From the NCBI GenBank assembly GCA_030141605.1, contig JAQGDQ010000467.1, positions 1-64,000 of the forward strand: a stretch of 64,000 bases of DNA, written 5' to 3'. The number at the start of each line of letters is the position of its first letter. Within the stretch, counting starts at the first letter, position 1. Below the pieces are notes generated by a model. That model was given only the letters and a program-made list of their open reading frames with translations. It made no database searches and was not told where the DNA came from. Below, piece after piece: positions 38,401-64,000 of the stretch. Source of the DNA: Tubiluchus corallicola (lineage: Eukaryota > Animalia > Priapulida). The translations under genes were made by a program, and so were the position numbers.

Positions 38401-39567
38401 GTTTTTGTGATAGTCTTATTCGTACTGGCATGGACAAGTGCTGCTCTAGCAACTAGTCATCCTTTTAAAAATCAGTTACATAACATGGAGATGATATTCA
38501 GTTATGCATACTGCTGTCTTTGTGCCATACTTGGCATTTTCGTCCTAGTCTTCTTTTGCTTCAGTAGAAGTGATACCTGGAGAGGTTGCAGGTCACGATG
38601 CATCGACACGTCGGAGGCAGGAACGGGCAACACCATTTATGCTGTAAACAATCCGGTCACTCAACCCATGCTAAATGGGCACGTTCCACTGGCACGTCCT
38701 GCTACCAGTGTTGATTCAGGCATAACAAACCGATCGTCAAATACGAGTGCAAGCCACGCGTCTTACGCTCACCTCGTTTCCGCTATGCCCCGAAATGTGT
38801 TGAGATACCCTCCCTCACACACGGCCACAATTACGGATAACTCCAGCGTACAAGAATCTGTGCCAATACCCGTGCAAATGTATTATAACCCAAGACAAAA
38901 CGGTGCAGCAAAAAAATACTGGGAACGAACTAGACAAAGGCAAGTGCCCAAAATACCTCAGCAAAAATCAATAGACCTCAATGATCTGCCTAAAAGACAT
39001 GAATCTATTGATAGTGATCATGCCGTTGACAAAAGTCAAACTGATGGCGACCTTGAGTATAGTCATAGTAAAACTTACTTCACTTTTCCTCGAGGTGGTC
39101 GAGATGCAGGCAAGGAAGACACGCATTATTCAATTTACCATTCTAACCCTGTGCTGCAAGCGACAAAGCAACGGTTAAATGCTGGTGTGCCTAGTGATCA
39201 AAAATGCAATCATTTTGCAGAAAACATTATTAAAACTTCACCTAGCAGGTGTAAAAATAATCTTGAATGCAATTCACCCGTGAATGCATCTGCCTGTGAG
39301 CTTCCTGAAGGTTGTAATACACCAGCTGTTGAGAACTGTGTTGATGCCATCAGCAGTCCGGTGAACAGTAAGGGCGAAAGCTCTAGCCAATCAGGCGATC
39401 ACGAAAGTCCATTGTATATATCCCACTCTGTCAGCAACAGTGACAATTCAGGAAGTCAAGATCTGCAGTTGGTAGATGGATCTTGCAGTTATGACGCAAG
39501 CAATAATTATTGCAATTCTGTTGTCTTAGTTCCAGATGTAGAAATTAAGAAAGAAACTAGTGTTTAG
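35488..39567 (+). CDS. ADGRA3: Adhesion GPCR family A (ADGRA2/ADGRA3, GPR124/GPR125-like), single-exon CDS, 1359 aa
   Basis: Signal peptide, LRRs with LRRCT (CDCHLAW), Ig domain (PSLSQVVFEGDSLPLRC), HRM (RGVYRWPKT), GAIN/GPS (WQTDGC), 7TM (PPKPMLRFYLVGWG) and C-terminal PDZ motif ETSV. Probable acceptor ttcAG at 35428 and AATAAA at 40806. Probably pro-orthologous to vertebrate ADGRA1/2/3. Confidence 0.95.
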   Translation: MMFLKESWLFCCMWGVLIALGDGCPTITSCTCTTLKDRNKDHSVIGKKVVCAGTQMARITEIAAIKPDLLPIDTLHLDLSGNNIEMIKSGAFSSLKQLVKLDLSKNDIAVIEPGAFIGLEGLEKLDLSKNRLVNIDVNMFDGLDALDRLSLSGNMFSTIPEDSFTHLSSLTKVDFQTDYLNCDCHLAWIFKWQKITGARVDKTTKCSFPKSLHGRRLKLLKRKNLHCNWPVEIPLFELTPSLSQVVFEGDSLPLRCRVSRLVGEETEVVWVRNDKVVEHDEADGLLVNSYTTNNKAIIVHDLEIKELQVNHTGIWTCQVRTSRGNDSRSISIIVISGNMRYCESATTHTNRGVYRWPKTIVGVSQELPCSRFPEDLNGRSKVFARYLCSEEGTWTNLELDDCAYISEVTRILETFSKMNFSSTNPVSTVKSFRDYINNVTGKRGHHPGKHIADKMDVVYAARTVENLSQFLSRDKEIGSMLVDVVSRLMSLPEVFLTEAHLLDKSCTRLLAAINKVPHFFQSLSHNKYIYTENIALETYVIKLDSTSGILCTSSLHSESTENYTKSNFHCVPDSAVIDVATDRPVTASIHLSAALIQGLSAGKTEGFTPKSVLIQFVIYRNSKLFPIMNETELPEDSIVTTSVISWRIVEVNIVDLTATPIAVELRLPVETADVIAVNWNASGNGGFGEWQTDGCAVVGHDGNLTSIKCTQVGAFAAVQIRSIVEKQLALLAQHIQQLKPIIYIFTGIMVICLLISLISYIVCGKYMEMPRKTKHSLINTWAALILLSTIFAFGINQTSELLSCKIVGMVLHYLSLCTVFWMTITANNLYKTYTKALQPVPAPIEPESEQPVPPKPMLRFYLVGWGIALIAVGITGAVSLDHYPGKQYCFLAWGEPSLGAFYGPVAFLLILNFIFYTRLLCILSAPPPPPPCHQTHARSEEVTNLVIGVAGWSNATEFERQHRPLSHLRANVFVIVLFVLAWTSAALATSHPFKNQLHNMEMIFSYAYCCLCAILGIFVLVFFCFSRSDTWRGCRSRCIDTSEAGTGNTIYAVNNPVTQPMLNGHVPLARPATSVDSGITNRSSNTSASHASYAHLVSAMPRNVLRYPPSHTATITDNSSVQESVPIPVQMYYNPRQNGAAKKYWERTRQRQVPKIPQQKSIDLNDLPKRHESIDSDHAVDKSQTDGDLEYSHSKTYFTFPRGGRDAGKEDTHYSIYHSNPVLQATKQRLNAGVPSDQKCNHFAENIIKTSPSRCKNNLECNSPVNASACELPEGCNTPAVENCVDAISSPVNSKGESSSQSGDHESPLYISHSVSNSDNSGSQDLQLVDGSCSYDASNNYCNSVVLVPDVEIKKETSV

Positions 39568-40962
39568 ATTTAGTTACGACTTACTCCGTGACCTTGAAAA
39601 GGCCAGACGCAGTGGCACATACCAGTAGCCTGATATGCAAACTGATTATAGGGGGTGTGAGAATCTTTGGTTGCCATGGTGTATCATTTGTTATAACAGC
39701 TACACAACATTGAGCAACCAAATGCTGGATAGATGCTCAGCACAGTGCTTTTGCCAGTTTCTGCTTCTTTGTTGTCTAAACTTGGCTAAGACACCTTGCC
39801 AATCTCTGTCCTTCATAAGCACGATTCTCTGGTCTAGTCCTTCCAAATCTGTTGAGTTACATGTTGGTAGGCAGTGCCTTTGAATGCTGGATAAATGTGG
39901 TTTGGACAATGCTAAACTGTTTACGAGCTCCAAATGATAAAATAAAAGTTACAAAAAGTTTTGTGGCACAAAACATTTCCGTCGTAATCTGTACCTGTTT
40001 GAACTTGACGAATGCACAACCTTCCATTTCTCTGTTTAGGTTGTGAACATGCAAATGAGAAACTGTATACTAGCATGTGATAGTGAAATTTGTTGTGAAT
40101 GTAAATATTGATTATTTATTCAAGTAGAAATTCAATTTCATTGTTAGCTTATTGGATTATTAGATATTTTAGTCCGTTTTGCATGAATCATTTTTGATTA
40201 GGGTAAACGACATTTTTCAATTTTGATTTCAAGTTGACGAGTAATAGTTTTGGGAGCAAACACTTGGCTGGAACTGTCATAGAAACTACTAAATTCATTC
40301 TCCCAAAAATCATGCAAATGATCAGAAATGGCTTTTATAATCATGTAAAAGATGAGAAATGAATATCACTGTAAAATAAGCCCGTGCATGATTTGAGGTA
40401 TTTTCACTTTGCATGGGTTATTTAGGTGCTGACATGAATTACTATTTTCGGCTACAATAGCTCCCCCCATATTGTTGTGATCTCTACTGTTACACTATCA
40501 TGTCATTTCTGTGTGATTTGTTCTAGTAAGTGTAATTTTATTGCAAGTATATTGTACCCATTTTTATTACTGTTGTTAGTATCACAGCAAATTGTGAACA
40601 AAGAATGTTATAATTCCTGTACAGTCTGTAGTTGACATTGTAAATCCATGTTGTGAACGGGACTTTATATTACTTGTAGAAAATTTTATTATTTATTATG
40701 TTTTTGTACATTATCTTAATGAATTGTGACATTCAATCTCATTGTATCAGTTTAAGTATTATTGTCATTTTACCTATCTATAATTATACAGATACGAAGT
40801 TTAGTAATAAATTAACACAAAGAGTTTCTTTCGTTACTGTTGCTTTTAGATGACTTAAATGACTCGAAAATTTTTAGCAAATATTGTAACGAACAACCAA
40901 CATTTATCTTATTCCTTACTGAATACTGAATCATTGAAACCAGTTATTTGCATGATCTAGAG

Positions 40963-41443
40963 CAGGGGTGTGCAAATTGCGGCCCGCCGAGAGAATTTGT
41001 GTGGCCCGCGAAGAGATTTGTCAACCTAATGAAAGTGTGGCCCGGGCGATTAATTGAGTGTATCCAGCTGAAGTCCGTGCCACGATCCTAAAGATAGTGC
41101 GGGTAGTTTTTTCTACTAGATCGGATGCCATTAACCCTTACAAGACGGTCGTAGCTTAATGTCACTGTACTACACAGACTGTGTGATACACATTACTAAT
41201 ATGCATTGTAATGAAATTACCACTATCTGTCCTGAAAGTAGAAATATATGGTTTGTAATATAAATTTTAATAACTTCTAAAATAGTTTCTTGAGTGTAGT
41301 AGTAATGATGTACGCAAGTCGGAGGCAAAAAATCATTATCAGGCCTTTCTGTACTTGGCTCCTTGATCAAACTGCATGTGGCTCGCAGGAATTGCGGGAA
41401 AGTTTAATGTGGCCCGGCTACTCAGATAATTTGCACACCCCTG
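40963..41443 (+). mobile_element. hAT MITE family A copy
   Basis: TIRs intact; TSD ATCTAGAG/GTTTAGAG. Confidence 0.85.
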
Positions 41444-43038
41444 GTTTAGAGATAGTGATGAACATTAAAAACATGATACAAGCATAGGTAGATAAAAAAC
41501 TTTGCTTTACTCAACAAATTTACTAATTTCACATGCGTGAAAAATATTAACAAAATATTAAAAGACATAATTTATACCTTGTTAGGCATTTTTAGCTTGT
41601 TAAATGATTTTCGTTTTACGTAGCTAGCTGTAGAGAAATGTGAAACATAGATTACGTTCAAGCGGAATGTATAGAATACAGATGAATTTCTTATATTTGG
41701 AAGTTAAATATTTTCGTTTTGAACATTTTCAAGGGCTATAACAGTGATAAATAAAAACAATCGAACATGTTGCACGAGATTAAACATCTAACTAAATGAA
41801 ATAAGCTCTCATAAACAACAACATAATATTACGATTATGTTAGTAAACAGTAATAACTACAACGGCCTAGACAGCAATCCATGTAATAATAATAATTCAC
41901 TAATTATTAAATTTTACTAAATTACCATATCACAATAGAGAGAAGCAATTTACTCTTAACAATTTGTATTGTTCCGCTGAAATACAAATAAACTGCACAT
42001 TTTCCACAATATACAGAGCACTGTGCATTTAATTTAAGACGCAGGTAATAATTATATGTGTTGAGTATTGTAGTCTGATACAGACTAATTAACTGTGTTA
42101 AGGCAGGCTTAGGTCGACCTCGCAAGGCAATTTATGCATATGGTATGCCACTACTTCCGCGTACATATCCAAACCAATCAACATAAGCAAACTTTATTCT
42201 ACTTGCAACATACTGTATCCACCCAGCTTCAATCGATCACAACAACCTGAACATTGTTCGCTGATAATTATGGTTTGGTCAGAGATTTTTTTCATCTGCG
42301 TACGCTCAGTTGTCATCAAACCTAAGCGTGTGTCCACGACTGTTTCTGTCAGTTGAGGCGAGTTGTGTTGCGTCACAAGTCAACCTAAGCTTAGCTTCAG
42401 CTGATTCTGACGAAGCAACTTGCAGCACTGTCAACCTATAGTTAAAGTTTTAACTGTTGCTTTGAAACATCTCAGCAATTTTTAATACATTTCAATTAAC
42501 CAATCTGAATGATAATAATAAAAAAGGAAAGCAATCCTGCGCACACTGCAAAGGTTCACTTAAGCACAGCTGAGTGGCGAAATATTTTTCATGCACGTCC
42601 ACGTAACTGAAACGCTCAGGTGAAATTTACACTTCATTTGCATGAAAGCTGAGGGCGTTAATGTAGTTTTACATTTTAAACATCGTCTACAGCTGTCGAT
42701 GACTCAGAGACATTTGAAATCTATACTGTTTCTTGTTAATATAGGAATGCAAGGAAACATTGCACAATCACGTACAATTATCAAGTGAATACACTACTAT
42801 CTTTATAAGTATTGCCTTGTAAAGTTGGCTCATTTGACAAAGTCACTGGCGAGAAGTCATTGTCTAATGCAGCTGCACAGCAAAATTGTTTCACTGTTTG
42901 TCCAACAGGTGGCACATATTTCCAAGTTTATTATTGAGTGCGGTACTTAGTTCTTTTTTCCCGCTAGCTGGAGAGACGCTGTTTTCAATGCTGGCTTTTC
43001 GGGTGCCGTAATTTGGAACAAACTTCGTGCTGTTATGG

Positions 43039-63684
<20,646 letters not shown>

Positions 63685-64000
63685 CTGCAAGTACAATTAT
63701 TAAAAATGACAAAATTCTAACTCAAAAAGAATCCAGAATGCGAAGCACTGGGTTATTCGCTTATAGGGTTTATTCTACCCAATTTCCTCGGCTTTGAGAT
63801 AAATTACTATCATGCCAAAGAATCCGCAAGAGAAATTCACAAAACTGTTTGCAGGAGGATAACCCAATTGCAAACCTTCACTCTAAAAATTATGAATTAA
63901 ATGAGTGGGTATGTAAGAGAATTGCAAATTTTTAATAACACTCAATACACAGTGATTTACAAAAAAACATTCCAAAGTATAACAAAATTTTATTACTTAT

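Overview
AT-rich, repeat-dense animal (probably invertebrate) genomic DNA with spliceosomal GT-AG introns; it is not prokaryotic, and I found no CRISPR array, rRNA or intact tRNA gene. Five protein-coding genes can be built by hand with phase-consistent splice sites: (1) an SLC35A2-like UDP-galactose transporter whose first two coding exons are on the minus strand and last two on the plus strand, separated by an apparently perfect fold-back inverted repeat (1-378 = reverse complement of 1998-2375); (2) an 11-exon GPKOW gene (minus, 13000-32809); (3) an ADGRA2/3-like adhesion GPCR with a single-exon 1359-aa CDS (plus, 35488-39567); (4) the last seven exons of MON2 (minus, 43039-63684); (5) an intronless, secreted minimal fibulin-like gene nested antisense in a MON2 intron (53641-54585). 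Introns are packed with non-autonomous elements that I could delimit by terminal repeats and target-site duplications (TSDs): several hAT-type MITEs (8-bp TSD), pogo/Tigger-type MITEs (TA), piggyBac-type MITEs (TTAA), two solo-LTR families (5-bp TSD), an RTE-derived bipartite retroposon (14-bp TSD), a tRNA-derived SINE, CR1/L2 remnants and many micro- and minisatellites. The most notable observations are the strand-split SLC35A2 gene (a real inverted duplication or an amplification/assembly artefact), a 39-bp tandem array that multiplies its splice acceptor and start codon, and the two intronless genes. Family names come from remembered motifs, not database searches, and coordinates were counted by hand.
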